Made by a program: the position numbers and the translations under genes. From positions 165,224 to 219,331 of the forward strand of contig JAFGVM010000016.1 of assembly GCA_016937995.1 (NCBI GenBank): 54,108 nucleotides of DNA. Reading direction: 5' to 3'. Below the pieces are notes generated by a model. The model was not told the DNA's origin and did no database searches. It saw only the letters and a program-made list of their open reading frames with translations. The DNA comes from Candidatus Delongbacteria bacterium. Lineage in GTDB: Bacteria > UBA4055. Shown piece by piece: positions 1-9,942 of the stretch (the first letter of the stretch is position 1; each line of letters opens with the position of its first letter).

Positions 1-1850
1 ACACCAGCAGAAAATAACTCCTGAAGAATATGCTGCTGCTGACCTATCATATCGGAAAAGATGAAAACCTGCTTTCCATCCTGAAGCTTTTCTTTGATCT
101 GATCTATCGGCATAGGTAAAACTTCATCATGAGCATCAAGATCAGATTTAAAGAATATGTAATTATACTGCATCATGTCTACATCAGCACCTTTAAGCAA
201 GCCGGATGATTCCTGACAAATATTGCTTAGGTATACGACATTTTCGCTTGAATCCCTGATCTCTACTATTGAAGCTCCCGGTATACATCCCGCGTTAAAG
301 AATTTAATATTTATGAGCCCCTTGAAATTATAACCTTTACCCTGAGGAGTGATCCTTATGACCCTTTCATTTACCAGATCTATCTCCTGCTTTGTAAATT
401 CAGTCTGAGTATCACTCATACCTATAACGGTCGAGTTGATTACTTTCATCCATTTGATCCTTGATACCTTATAAGTGATATCTGAAGTAAACAATTTCGC
501 ATTTGGATTCTTCGCCATGATCTTTGGGATCAGATTCAACTTGTCCTTTCTTGCATCAGTTAAAACTACAATGTCAAGATCATCACCCTCGTATGTCTCA
601 GAAGGGTCGATAAGTATTTTTACACCTGTCATTTCCAGCAACATAGATTCATTGAATTTTTTTGTGCAAAGACTGGTTGCTTTCAGGTAGTTGTCCTTAT
701 CTATAAGGTCAATTTTATTTTTCCTTTTTTCATACCTGGATAAAATCGAACCGTTAATATCACCGTTATACTCAATATACTCAATTTGGAACGGCATAGT
801 GCCTAATTTAGCCTGATTTTGAAAGTACTGATCAACTGACTCGATGAGTTCCTTATTTCCGGTATAGAATATCAAATATTTCGCAGAGAGTTTCTCAAAG
901 ATCAAATATTTAACTGTGAAATTCTCATTCAGTAGTGAATGTTGAAGCTTAAATTGAAGGATCATAGTATCAAGTTTCTCTTTGATAAAAATGTAGTTCT
1001 GATAAAAACTGTTCAGATAGCTTAAATTTTTACCATCCTCAGGTACGACCACTATATTATGCTCAAGATATATTTTCTCTTTGACTTCATTGAAAACTTT
1101 AAGCAGGTTCTGATAGAATTTGCCATGATTAGTATCCGGTTCGGAGATAAAGTTGATCACGTACCCGGTACCTAATTTAAAGTAGATATCGAGTATCCTG
1201 TCCGTTATCGACAACGATACACCTTTGTTCTCAAAGATTATTCTGTCGAATAATGTCTCATTCCTCTTTAAAAAGTCTATTACGATCTCTTTTATCTCCA
1301 CTGGTGATAGATTACTTTTTCTCACCACATAATTTATAACTTTTTTCTCTTCGATCACCGGCTTTGATGAAGCTTCATCTTTTTTTGGTTCTTCTTGTAA
1401 AAATTCTCCTCTAATGGTATTCTTTATAAAAATTTTTAGATCTTGTTTAAGTGTTTTAATGTCATCCTTTTTTTCATTCAACAATTCTTCAATTTCTTTT
1501 TTTACTCTGGAGGTTAATTCTATTTCACTTGTGTTTAAAATATTTTCATAACAGATGATATCATTTAAGTTAGATTCTATTTTATTCAATTCAGAGTAAT
1601 CTGTCACATAATTTACTACATCCTTTCCATCACTGTCAGTGTCAAATTTTATAAAACTATCAGATATATCCTCTAATATCCGTTTTGATTCTTTCAGTAA
1701 ATTTTCATTCATCTCTCTGATTTTCTCAGGCATTTTTGAAAAATCCTCAGATTCAAGATACTGAATAGTTTTCTTACTCTCTTTCAACTTTGATAAATAA
1801 TCTTTATCAACAGCTATTCCTTTCACCAGTTCCAGAATTTTTTGATTCAT
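1..1850 (-). CDS. Large protein (>616 aa, runs off the left edge): ~380 aa unknown N-terminal region plus a degenerate metallo-beta-lactamase/beta-CASP domain
   Basis: Not in the ORF track. I translated an open minus-strand frame from ATG at 1850 (GGAG RBS upstream) to position 1: MNQKILELVKG...SMLLEMTGVKILIDP...DLDIVVLTDARKDKLNLIP...IKFFNAGCIPGASIVEI...VVYLSN...KLQDGKQVFIF. Motif order matches Ysh1/CPSF73-like beta-CASP proteins. Confidence 0.8.
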   Translation of the reverse strand, partial: MNQKILELVKGIAVDKDYLSKLKESKKTIQYLESEDFSKMPEKIREMNENLLKESKRILEDISDSFIKFDTDSDGKDVVNYVTDYSELNKIESNLNDIICYENILNTSEIELTSRVKKEIEELLNEKKDDIKTLKQDLKIFIKNTIRGEFLQEEPKKDEASSKPVIEEKKVINYVVRKSNLSPVEIKEIVIDFLKRNETLFDRIIFENKGVSLSITDRILDIYFKLGTGYVINFISEPDTNHGKFYQNLLKVFNEVKEKIYLEHNIVVVPEDGKNLSYLNSFYQNYIFIKEKLDTMILQFKLQHSLLNENFTVKYLIFEKLSAKYLIFYTGNKELIESVDQYFQNQAKLGTMPFQIEYIEYNGDINGSILSRYEKRKNKIDLIDKDNYLKATSLCTKKFNESMLLEMTGVKILIDPSETYEGDDLDIVVLTDARKDKLNLIPKIMAKNPNAKLFTSDITYKVSRIKWMKVINSTVIGMSDTQTEFTKQEIDLVNERVIRITPQGKGYNFKGLINIKFFNAGCIPGASIVEIRDSSENVVYLSNICQESSGLLKGADVDMMQYNYIFFKSDLDAHDEVLPMPIDQIKEKLQDGKQVFIFSDMIGQQQHILQELFSAG

Positions 1851-1934
1851 AATTTGCTCCATTATATGATTTATAATTTTCAACCCGAACTTAATTCCGG
1901 GTTATCTCAGGCCTTTAATAAACCCAAGCTAAGC

Positions 1935-1963
1935 AATATATTAAGTCATTAAAATAATATCAA
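1935..1963 (-). promoter_or_regulatory. Sigma70-type promoter for the beta-CASP-like gene
   Basis: Minus strand TTGATA-N17-TATATT. Confidence 0.55.
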
Positions 1964-2044
1964 GCTTAATATTTTTCCAGCAGTGGTATATTCCGGTGTT
2001 GAAGACTGCTTTCGGTCGTTCAAAATATTGAACTATCTTTATAT

Positions 2045-2073
2045 TTGCCTGATTGAGCCAATTCAATTATATT
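2045..2073 (+). promoter_or_regulatory. Sigma70-type promoter for the ribD operon
   Basis: TTGCCT-N17-TATATT, 45 nt before the ribD ATG. Confidence 0.55.
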
Positions 2074-2118
2074 CAAGTCTGTAATTAATAACAATCTCAA
2101 CTTATATAGATTAATTTC

Positions 2119-3216
2119 ATGAACGAACATATCAAATACATGAAAGTAGCTCTGAAAGAAGCTTTGAAAGGAAAGGGAAATGTATCACCGAATCCTTTGG
2201 TAGGTGCTGTTATTGTAAAAAATGGAAAGGTCATTGGAAAAGGAGCTCATTTAAAATACGGCCGTGAACATGCTGAGATTAATGCCTTCAATAATTGTAC
2301 AGAAAGTCCGGTTGGTGCTGATCTTTATGTTACTTTAGAACCTTGTTCTCATCATGGAAAGACCCCTCCCTGCACAGAAAGAATAATCAAAGAAAAGATA
2401 TCGAGGGTATTCATAGCTACTTTAGATCCATTTAAGGAAGTAAATGGGAGTGGTGTGATAAAATTGAGAAATGCAGGTATAAAAGTAGAAGTTGGGATGC
2501 TTGAGTCAGAAGCAAAAATAATGAATGAATTTTTTCTTCATTTTCATAATACCGGTATGCCATTCATAACAATAAAATCAGCGATCAGTCTTGATGGATC
2601 TATCGCAACAGATACAGGTGATTCAAAATGGATAACTTCGGCAAAAAGCAGAAGATATGTCCATCAACTAAGGAATGATTATGATGCTGTTCTAGTAGGA
2701 AGGAAAACAGTTGAAAAAGATGACCCCGAATTAACTGTTAGAGCGGTAAAAGGCCGAAATCCGAAAAGGATCATTATTGATAAAGACCTTAAGCTGGATA
2801 TTGGTCACAAAGTTTTATCAGATCAGTTTACGGATAATACTATAATTTTGACCTCGGATAATAATAAAATTTCTCAAAAAGAAACAATATTGGGAAACAG
2901 AGGTATAACAATCCTTAAAATAAAAGTTACAGATGGTAGTATAGATTTAAAAGAGGCTATGAAAAAATTGGGTGATCTTGGAATTAATTCGATCATTGTT
3001 GAAGGTGGAGGATGCACAAATTCTATCTTTCTGAAAGAAAAACTTGCAAACAGGATTAATTTATTTATCGCTCCTATTATTATTGGAAGTTCGAAAAAAT
3101 TTACGTATGATCTGGGAATTAAGTCTGTTTCTGAGTCAATACGTATAGTTGACAAAAAAATGATCAAGTATGGTAGTGACATTTTGATAAACGGAAAAAT
3201 TGAGTACACTCTTTAA
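2119..3216 (+). CDS. ribD: Bifunctional riboflavin biosynthesis deaminase/reductase
   Basis: PNPLVGAVIV, HAE and LEPCSHHGKTPPC zinc motifs; SLDG...SKWIT; VEGG. Confidence 0.97.
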   Translation: MNEHIKYMKVALKEALKGKGNVSPNPLVGAVIVKNGKVIGKGAHLKYGREHAEINAFNNCTESPVGADLYVTLEPCSHHGKTPPCTERIIKEKISRVFIATLDPFKEVNGSGVIKLRNAGIKVEVGMLESEAKIMNEFFLHFHNTGMPFITIKSAISLDGSIATDTGDSKWITSAKSRRYVHQLRNDYDAVLVGRKTVEKDDPELTVRAVKGRNPKRIIIDKDLKLDIGHKVLSDQFTDNTIILTSDNNKISQKETILGNRGITILKIKVTDGSIDLKEAMKKLGDLGINSIIVEGGGCTNSIFLKEKLANRINLFIAPIIIGSSKKFTYDLGIKSVSESIRIVDKKMIKYGSDILINGKIEYTL

Positions 3217-3218
3217 AT

Positions 3219-4622
3219 TTGAAAACTGATATGAAGATCTCAAAAGAAAAAAAACTGCTGGTTTTAACAGATTTTATTACTATAAATACTTCGACTGCGG
3301 TTCTTTTTTTTATTAAATTTAAATCCGGGCTTTTCCCGTCAACTCTGGATCATTCATACAGCGAATTGCTGTTGATGATGCCGGTAATATATCTATTCTG
3401 GGTAATTTTCTTTCATATGAGAGATATGTACAGGTCATTTTATTTTAGAAGTGCCGCAGAAATATTCCTCAACTGTTTATCCAGTTTGACTATCGGGCTC
3501 GCAATTGTCTACATGATCACAGTGGAATTAAACGATCCGGAAACCTATTTCAGGATACCGTTACTCATATACTACTTCATAATGATATCTCTGGTCGCAT
3601 TCGGCAGACTAACATTCAAACTTACTTTGAATAAATACCTCAGGAAAGGTATCGGCTTAAGAAATGCTCTGGTTATCGGTTATAATAAATCAGCAAAAAA
3701 GATAGTCAGGGAGTATCTGAAAGGCAGTTTATTAGGTTTGAAAATTGTTGGATTTATTGATGATGACCCTGATAACCCCGATTACCGTGGGATAAAGACC
3801 ATAGGAAATTTCAATAACTTCGACAAACTCATAACAACTGAACAAATACGAGAGATAATAATTTCGATAGAGTCAAAAGATCCTCTTCTGATAAATAAGA
3901 TCATTCTTAAATCAAAAGACAGAAATGTCTTCTACAAAGTTGTACCGTCATTAAATGACATTATTAGCGGAAATGTACGAACCTATGAACTTTTTAATTT
4001 TACTCTTCTTGAGTTATTCCCGGATATTCTGTCTCCGTTTCAGAGATTCCTGAAACGAAGTATGGATATGATCGCATCTTTCATTTTGCTTGTTATTTCT
4101 TTACCAATTATGATAATTTCTGCTATAATAATAAAATTTGATTCTCCCGGAAGAATAATATACACCCAAAAGAGAGTTGGAAAGGATTTTAAGGAGTTCA
4201 CTGTTTACAAGTTCAGATCAATGAGACAGGATGCTGAAGCAAAGACCGGTGCTGTATGGGCAACAAAAAATGATCCCAGGATAACGAAATTCGGTAATTT
4301 TATGAGAAAGACCCGTATCGATGAATTACCACAGTTGATCAATGTGCTATTGGGAAATATGAGCTTTGTAGGTCCAAGACCTGAGCGGAAAATATTTGTG
4401 GATAAATTTATAAAGAACATACCCTTCTATTACAAAAGACTGCATGTCAAACCCGGTTTGACAGGCTGGGCTCAGGTAAAACATAAGTATGATGAATCAG
4501 TTGAAGATGTGAAAGAAAAGCTTAAATACGATCTCTTTTACATAGAAAACTTATCTTTAAAATTGGATTTTATCATTTTATTACATACCATTAAGGTTGT
4601 TGTGAATTTTAGAGGCCATTAA
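3219..4622 (+). CDS. Polyprenyl-phosphate glycosyl-1-phosphate transferase (WcaJ/WbaP-like priming sugar transferase)
   Basis: N-terminal TM helices, CoA-binding-like domain, C-terminal KFRSM...DPRITKFG...RIDELPQL...GPRPE...KPGLTGWAQV. Start may be ATG 3231. Confidence 0.93.
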   Translation: MKTDMKISKEKKLLVLTDFITINTSTAVLFFIKFKSGLFPSTLDHSYSELLLMMPVIYLFWVIFFHMRDMYRSFYFRSAAEIFLNCLSSLTIGLAIVYMITVELNDPETYFRIPLLIYYFIMISLVAFGRLTFKLTLNKYLRKGIGLRNALVIGYNKSAKKIVREYLKGSLLGLKIVGFIDDDPDNPDYRGIKTIGNFNNFDKLITTEQIREIIISIESKDPLLINKIILKSKDRNVFYKVVPSLNDIISGNVRTYELFNFTLLELFPDILSPFQRFLKRSMDMIASFILLVISLPIMIISAIIIKFDSPGRIIYTQKRVGKDFKEFTVYKFRSMRQDAEAKTGAVWATKNDPRITKFGNFMRKTRIDELPQLINVLLGNMSFVGPRPERKIFVDKFIKNIPFYYKRLHVKPGLTGWAQVKHKYDESVEDVKEKLKYDLFYIENLSLKLDFIILLHTIKVVVNFRGH

Positions 4623-4639
4623 AATTTGGAGTTATCAGA

Positions 4640-7204
4640 ATGAAAAAAATTATCATTATTTTTGTGCTTATTTTAAGTTTCGTATGCTTTTCTCAGAATG
4701 AAGAATTGCTTAAGATGTACGAAAAAGTGACTGGAAAAGACCTGTCAACAGAGATCGAAAAATTAAAAAATAAAGATCCCGAATTTAAAAATCTTAAAGA
4801 AAAAGTTCAGATTGATTCAATCTCAATCAAACCTGAGATCACTACAAATGACACTGTAACTGAAGTAAAAGATACTTACTTTGAAAAATATGTTAATGGA
4901 ACATTGATCGATCCGTACTCTTCTAAGCTAAAGCAGTTCTCTATTGATTTTTCAGCAGTAAAAACAACTATGAACTTCAATAAAAAGATCCCTGATTCTT
5001 ATATACTGTCCAGCGGAGATGAATTTATTATCGATATTTGGGGCGCTATGGATAAAAACTATGTTGTTCAGGTCACTAATGAAAACTATATAATTATTCC
5101 ACAGATCGGGAAGATAGATATTTCAGGATTGAATTACTCTCAGGCAAAGAAAACCATCTCTGATAAATTAGGTTCTATCAGCGGAATTAATTTTACTGTT
5201 AGATTATCAGATGTTAAACCTATAAGTATTTTTGTTGTAGGCAATGTTGCTAAGCCGGGTATTTATAATGTTTCCCCATTTTCCAGTATATTTGAAATCC
5301 TTGCTCTGGCAGGAGGAGTTCTTCCGGAAGGTTCTCTAAGAAATATTGGACTGATCCCGGAAAACGGAGGATCTTCGATAATGGACCTTTATTCTCTAAT
5401 GTTCTTTGGTGAAAGAGTGGATCATATTCTCCAATCAAATGAAACTATTTTTGTTCCTCTTATCGGTGAACAGGTTGCAGTGGCAGGTAATGTAAAACGT
5501 GAAGGGATTTATGAATACAAAAAAGGTGAGAGGCTAAATAATATTCTTAAGATATCCGGTTTAACACCATTTTCTGATACATCCAGAATAGAAATAGAAG
5601 GATTAGACAAAAAAGGACGATCTTTAGTCGAATCAGTTGCTTTAGAAAATAATCCGGTGATGAAAGACGGGGACATCGTTAGAGTTTTTTCAACGTTGGT
5701 CTACAATTCAGATTACGTTTATTTAAAAGGCAACTTCAGGCATAATAAAAAAATCCAGTACAAGAAAGATATGACACTGGGTAATGTTATCAGTTCAAAT
5801 GAGATCCTCAAAGAAAATACAAATCTTGATTACGGTAACATCATAAGAAAGAACGGAATGGGGCAAAGAGATCTTCTGCTAAACTTCTCTCCTGCAAAAG
5901 TTTTAAAGAATGAAGGAGATGATAACATAGTTATATTACCGAGAGATACGATCGAAGTATTCAATCTTGACTCAATTTCATTTTTGCCGACGGTAACAAT
6001 TTCTGGAGAAGTAAATAAAGCGGGTAATTATAAATATACTTCAGATATGACAGTTAATACACTTATCGGTTATGCAGGTGGTTTGGCCATAAACGGTGAT
6101 GTGAACAGTAATTTGGTTATACGGAATAATGGCGAAAAAGGATATAGCTACTTTACTGATGTTGATCCAAGTTCTTTCAACTTAAAAAATGATGACAGAT
6201 TACACATTTTTAATTATAACACCAATAATCCGATGCAGTATGTGCATGTATACGGTCATGTTAAAAACAATGGAAAATTTATCCACTCAAGCAATATGAC
6301 AGTCTCAGACCTGTTAAAATTAGCTGGTGGATATACCTTCGATGCACAAACAGATTCTATGGAAGTAGTATCCGGTATTAACAGAGACAATAAATCTCTT
6401 AAGACTAAAATTATAAGCTCAAAGGATGTTGATACAGTAAAACTTAATGTTAATGATATCCTCTTTGTAAGAAAGATCAAAGATTACGCAAAGGTAAATT
6501 ATGTAAAAATTTACGGTGAGGTGCTTTTTCCGGGAACATACGCACTAAGAGAAAGTGAGGAATTCTCAGACCTGTTGGAAAGATGCGGTGGATTTACAAG
6601 TTCCGCTCAGATAAAGTCTACACAGATCTTTCGTGAAGAGGTTAAAAGACAGCAATCTCAAAAGATCAGAGAACTGAAAGAAGAGCTCAATAACAAGTTG
6701 AAAATGAAGATGATATTGTCCGGTGAGGCTAATCTAGCTTCCGCATTAAATATCGACAAGTTTGATTCCCTTGAAACTTCTGGCAGAGTAATTTTAGATA
6801 TAGATGAAAAAGGAAATCATGAAAAATTTTATTTCATGGATCAGGACTCAATATTTGTACCATCAATATCAAGAACTATTCTGGTAATGGGTGAGGTGTA
6901 TCAACAAACCGCGATCACCTTCAACGAAAGCAATAGTGAAGTTGAATACTATTTGGACAAGGTTGGTGGAATTACCGATACCGGAGATGATGATAATATT
7001 TACGTAATCAAGTCTAATGGAGAGCTGATCAAAGAGAAGGGTTGGTTCGACAATATCCTAAGCTACGATCTTGAACCGGGTGATATTATCTATGTTCCTT
7101 ACGACTATGAAAAGATCGATTATTTTGAACTAACAAAGGATATTACCACTATACTGTATCAGTTGAGTTTATCAGCAGCTACTGTATACACTATTACAAA
7201 GTAA
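4640..7204 (+). CDS. Polysaccharide export protein with multiple SLBB repeats (Wza/KpsD-like)
   Basis: Signal peptide; Poly_export-like YILSSGDEFIIDIWG; repeated V.G.V..PG.Y and LAGG units; terminal LEPGDIIYVP. Confidence 0.88.
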   Translation: MKKIIIIFVLILSFVCFSQNEELLKMYEKVTGKDLSTEIEKLKNKDPEFKNLKEKVQIDSISIKPEITTNDTVTEVKDTYFEKYVNGTLIDPYSSKLKQFSIDFSAVKTTMNFNKKIPDSYILSSGDEFIIDIWGAMDKNYVVQVTNENYIIIPQIGKIDISGLNYSQAKKTISDKLGSISGINFTVRLSDVKPISIFVVGNVAKPGIYNVSPFSSIFEILALAGGVLPEGSLRNIGLIPENGGSSIMDLYSLMFFGERVDHILQSNETIFVPLIGEQVAVAGNVKREGIYEYKKGERLNNILKISGLTPFSDTSRIEIEGLDKKGRSLVESVALENNPVMKDGDIVRVFSTLVYNSDYVYLKGNFRHNKKIQYKKDMTLGNVISSNEILKENTNLDYGNIIRKNGMGQRDLLLNFSPAKVLKNEGDDNIVILPRDTIEVFNLDSISFLPTVTISGEVNKAGNYKYTSDMTVNTLIGYAGGLAINGDVNSNLVIRNNGEKGYSYFTDVDPSSFNLKNDDRLHIFNYNTNNPMQYVHVYGHVKNNGKFIHSSNMTVSDLLKLAGGYTFDAQTDSMEVVSGINRDNKSLKTKIISSKDVDTVKLNVNDILFVRKIKDYAKVNYVKIYGEVLFPGTYALRESEEFSDLLERCGGFTSSAQIKSTQIFREEVKRQQSQKIRELKEELNNKLKMKMILSGEANLASALNIDKFDSLETSGRVILDIDEKGNHEKFYFMDQDSIFVPSISRTILVMGEVYQQTAITFNESNSEVEYYLDKVGGITDTGDDDNIYVIKSNGELIKEKGWFDNILSYDLEPGDIIYVPYDYEKIDYFELTKDITTILYQLSLSAATVYTITK

Positions 7205-7213
7205 GACCATCTG

Positions 7214-8113
7214 ATGAAAAAACTTACAGATATACTTGAGATCTATTACGATCATCTTTTGTTTGAGAAAGGATTATCTGAGTTAACTCTGGAATCATAC
7301 AGCAACGATCTAAACAGATATATAAAGTATCTTTCTGATAAAAATATTTACACTCCTGATGATGTCAAGGTTAGTGATATCAGGTATTTCATTACTGAAT
7401 TGAACGAGATCGGACTAAATGTAAATTCTGTTATCAGAAATCTTTCATCAATAAAAAATTTTCATAAATTCATCGTAACTGAAGATTACTCACCAGTCAA
7501 TCCATCACTTCATATTGAAACACCCAAACATCCAAAGACACTTCCGGAAGTAATGTCTGTCCAGGAAATAGAAGAACTGTTTAAACTTCCGGATCTGGAA
7601 ACTCCATTAGGGTTAAGAGACAGAGCAATGCTTGAAATTATTTACGCCTGCGGTCTTAGAATTAGCGAACTGATCACAATAAATTATAATTCGGTAATAT
7701 TTTCTGAAAAGATCGTCAGAGTTATAGGAAAAAGAAATAAAGAAAGGATCGTTCCAATAGGTAATAGTGCTTTGGATCATCTACAAAGATATTTAGACGA
7801 AGCAAGACCTGAACTGGCGGTCAAAGGTAGAGCTGGTGGTACGTTATTCCTTAATTTCAGAGGAAACCCGATCTCGAGAATGGGTTTTTGGAAAATTGTC
7901 AGAAAATATATTGAAATGGCTCATCTGAACATAAAGATCCACCCTCATACTTTCAGACATTCATTTGCAACCCACCTACTAGAAGGTGGTGCTGATCTCA
8001 GGTCTGTTCAGGAAATGCTTGGTCATGCTGATATTACTACGACACAAATTTACACCCATATTGATAGAGAGCATCTTAAACAGGTTTACAAACAGTTCCA
8101 TCCAAGAGGATAA
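7214..8113 (+). CDS. xerD: Site-specific tyrosine recombinase XerD
   Basis: LRDRAMLEIIYACGLRISEL, HPHTFRHSFATHLLEGGADLRSVQEMLGHADITTTQIYTH, C-terminal HPRG. Confidence 0.93.
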   Translation: MKKLTDILEIYYDHLLFEKGLSELTLESYSNDLNRYIKYLSDKNIYTPDDVKVSDIRYFITELNEIGLNVNSVIRNLSSIKNFHKFIVTEDYSPVNPSLHIETPKHPKTLPEVMSVQEIEELFKLPDLETPLGLRDRAMLEIIYACGLRISELITINYNSVIFSEKIVRVIGKRNKERIVPIGNSALDHLQRYLDEARPELAVKGRAGGTLFLNFRGNPISRMGFWKIVRKYIEMAHLNIKIHPHTFRHSFATHLLEGGADLRSVQEMLGHADITTTQIYTHIDREHLKQVYKQFHPRG

Positions 8114-8155
8114 AATTCACTGTTTTATATTTTTTATAACATTGAAATTAATATA

Positions 8156-8184
8156 TTGACAAGATTTTTATATATTTGTATATT
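8156..8184 (+). promoter_or_regulatory. Promoter of tRNA-Phe
   Basis: TTGACA-N17-TATATT. Confidence 0.7.
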
Positions 8185-8205
8185 TAGCCCGTACCGAATT
8201 AGGAT

Positions 8206-8281
8206 GCCTTCTTAGCTCAGTCGGTAGAGCAAGGGACTGAAAATCCCTGTGTCCGTGGTTCAATTCCGCGAGGAGGCACCA
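8206..8281 (+). tRNA. tRNA-Phe (GAA)
   Basis: 76 nt cloverleaf GCCTTCT...AGGAGGC-A-CCA; anticodon arm AGGGA-CTGAAAA-TCCCT; T-loop GGTTCAATTCC. Confidence 0.97.
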
Positions 8282-8282
8282 T

Positions 8283-8307
8283 AAACCCCTGTTATCAGGG
8301 GTTTTTT
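8283..8307 (+). terminator. Intrinsic terminator after tRNA-Phe
   Basis: AAACCCCTG-ttat-CAGGGGTTT followed by a T run. Confidence 0.85.
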
Positions 8308-8424
8308 ATTGCTCCAAAATCACAGACATTCAAAGAATTTAAATATTTTTTTATTTACTTAAGTTTCAAATATTATTAACATTTCGGTATATTTGGGAAT
8401 ATTAATAAATTCAAGGAGTATCTT

Positions 8425-9903
8425 ATGAGCAGAGACAGATGGTCATCAAGATATATTTTTCTCTTTGCGGCGATCGGAAGTGCAGTAGGATTAGGGAATG
8501 TATGGAAATTTCCATATTTAGCTTATAAATATGGGGGAGGTGCTTTTCTGATACCATATTTAATTGCCCTTGCTTTGATCGGGATCCCGCTGCTGACCAT
8601 AGAATTTGCTATTGGACAGAAAATGCAGAGCGGTGCTTTGGATTCTTTCGTAAAATTGCATAAAAGAGCAGGTGGTATAGGTTTTGCCGCAATTTTTGCT
8701 GGATTTATCGTAGTTGTCTACTATGCTGCTGTTATGGCCTGGTCACTATTGTACTTATTTCAATCATTTACAAATGATCTTCCATGGGCATCAGATTCGG
8801 GAAACCATTTTTTCAATAAAGTACTTACCATTTCTTCAGGTGTCGGAGATATTGGAGGTGTGAACTGGATTTTATTCATTTCTCTATTCTTTGTTTGGGT
8901 CATGATATATTTTACAATCTGGAAAGGTGTTAAAAGTGTAGGAAAGGTCGTTACCATCACTATGCCCTTACCGATCATACTTTTAGCTGTTCTATTTATT
9001 CGTGGAATTACTCTCAAAGGCGCCGGCTATGGAATTTCAGCTTATTTAACACCTAATTTTAAAATTCTACTTGATACAGATATCTGGTTAGCTGCTATTT
9101 CTCAGATATTTTTTACTCTCAGCATCGGTTTTGGTATAATGATAGCTTATGCAAGTTACAATAAAAAAGATCAGAATGTACTTGGAGATGCTGTTATAAC
9201 TGCTGTAGTGAACTCAGCTATAAGTCTCTTTGCTGGTTTTGTTGTTTTTTCAGTGCTTGGTTATATGGCAACTTCTACAGGAGCTGATATTAGTGAGGTG
9301 GCAAAAAGCGGTCCTGGACTAGCTTTTGTTGTGTTCCCGAAGGCTCTCTCCCTTATGCCATGGGCAGGATTTTTCTCGGTTCTGTTTTTTATAACACTTT
9401 TAAGTTTGGGTATAGACAGTGCATTCTCTTTGATCGAAGCAGTGAATACATCCCTGAAAGACCGGTTCCCTAAATTAAGTTTGGCAAAAATATCATTTTA
9501 TACCTGTACATCAGCTTTTCTTCTCGGTATTTTGTTCGTAACGAACGCAGGTCTTTATTATTTAGATATCGTTGACCATTTTATTACATATTATGGTCTG
9601 GTCATAGTAGGTTTTTTTGAGGTCATAATCATTGGATGGGTTTACAAAGCAAAACGTATGAGGGATTTCATTAATAGTGTGTCAAAATTCAAACTTGGAA
9701 TTTGGTTTGATATATTGATCAAATTCTTCATTCCTCTTATACTAGTATTAATTCTTATTGATAATTTGATAAACGAATTTAAAACAAATTACGAAGGCTA
9801 CCCTGACTGGGCATTGAGGATTGGTTGGGGACTTATAGTATTTCAAATAGTTGTTGCCTTATTTTTTGTTCTCAGAAATAAAAATATTGATGAAGAGGAA
9901 TAA
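8425..9903 (+). CDS. Sodium-dependent transporter, neurotransmitter:sodium symporter (LeuT-like) family
   Basis: RDRWSSR...AIGSAVGLGNVWKFPY...GGGAFLIPY; QIFFTLSIGFG; GPGLAFVVFP. Confidence 0.95.
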   Translation: MSRDRWSSRYIFLFAAIGSAVGLGNVWKFPYLAYKYGGGAFLIPYLIALALIGIPLLTIEFAIGQKMQSGALDSFVKLHKRAGGIGFAAIFAGFIVVVYYAAVMAWSLLYLFQSFTNDLPWASDSGNHFFNKVLTISSGVGDIGGVNWILFISLFFVWVMIYFTIWKGVKSVGKVVTITMPLPIILLAVLFIRGITLKGAGYGISAYLTPNFKILLDTDIWLAAISQIFFTLSIGFGIMIAYASYNKKDQNVLGDAVITAVVNSAISLFAGFVVFSVLGYMATSTGADISEVAKSGPGLAFVVFPKALSLMPWAGFFSVLFFITLLSLGIDSAFSLIEAVNTSLKDRFPKLSLAKISFYTCTSAFLLGILFVTNAGLYYLDIVDHFITYYGLVIVGFFEVIIIGWVYKAKRMRDFINSVSKFKLGIWFDILIKFFIPLILVLILIDNLINEFKTNYEGYPDWALRIGWGLIVFQIVVALFFVLRNKNIDEEE

Positions 9904-9913
9904 GTATTAAAAA

Positions 9914-9936
9914 GTGTGGAGTGTAATGCTCCACAC
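9914..9936. terminator. Hairpin between the convergent transporter and miaA genes
   Basis: GTGTGGAG-N7-CTCCACAC. Confidence 0.6.
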
Positions 9937-9942
9937 GATCCT

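Noticed and set aside
475-690. 71-aa plus-strand ORF
   Set aside because: Antisense shadow of the long beta-CASP-like gene.
1860-2118. FMN riboswitch before ribD
   Set aside because: No RFN consensus is visible and the predicted leader is only about 40 nt.
7214-8281. Tyrosine recombinase next to a tRNA as a prophage/island integrase
   Set aside because: It has housekeeping XerD motifs, lies upstream of the tRNA inside an operon, and I saw no duplicated tRNA 3' end or phage genes.
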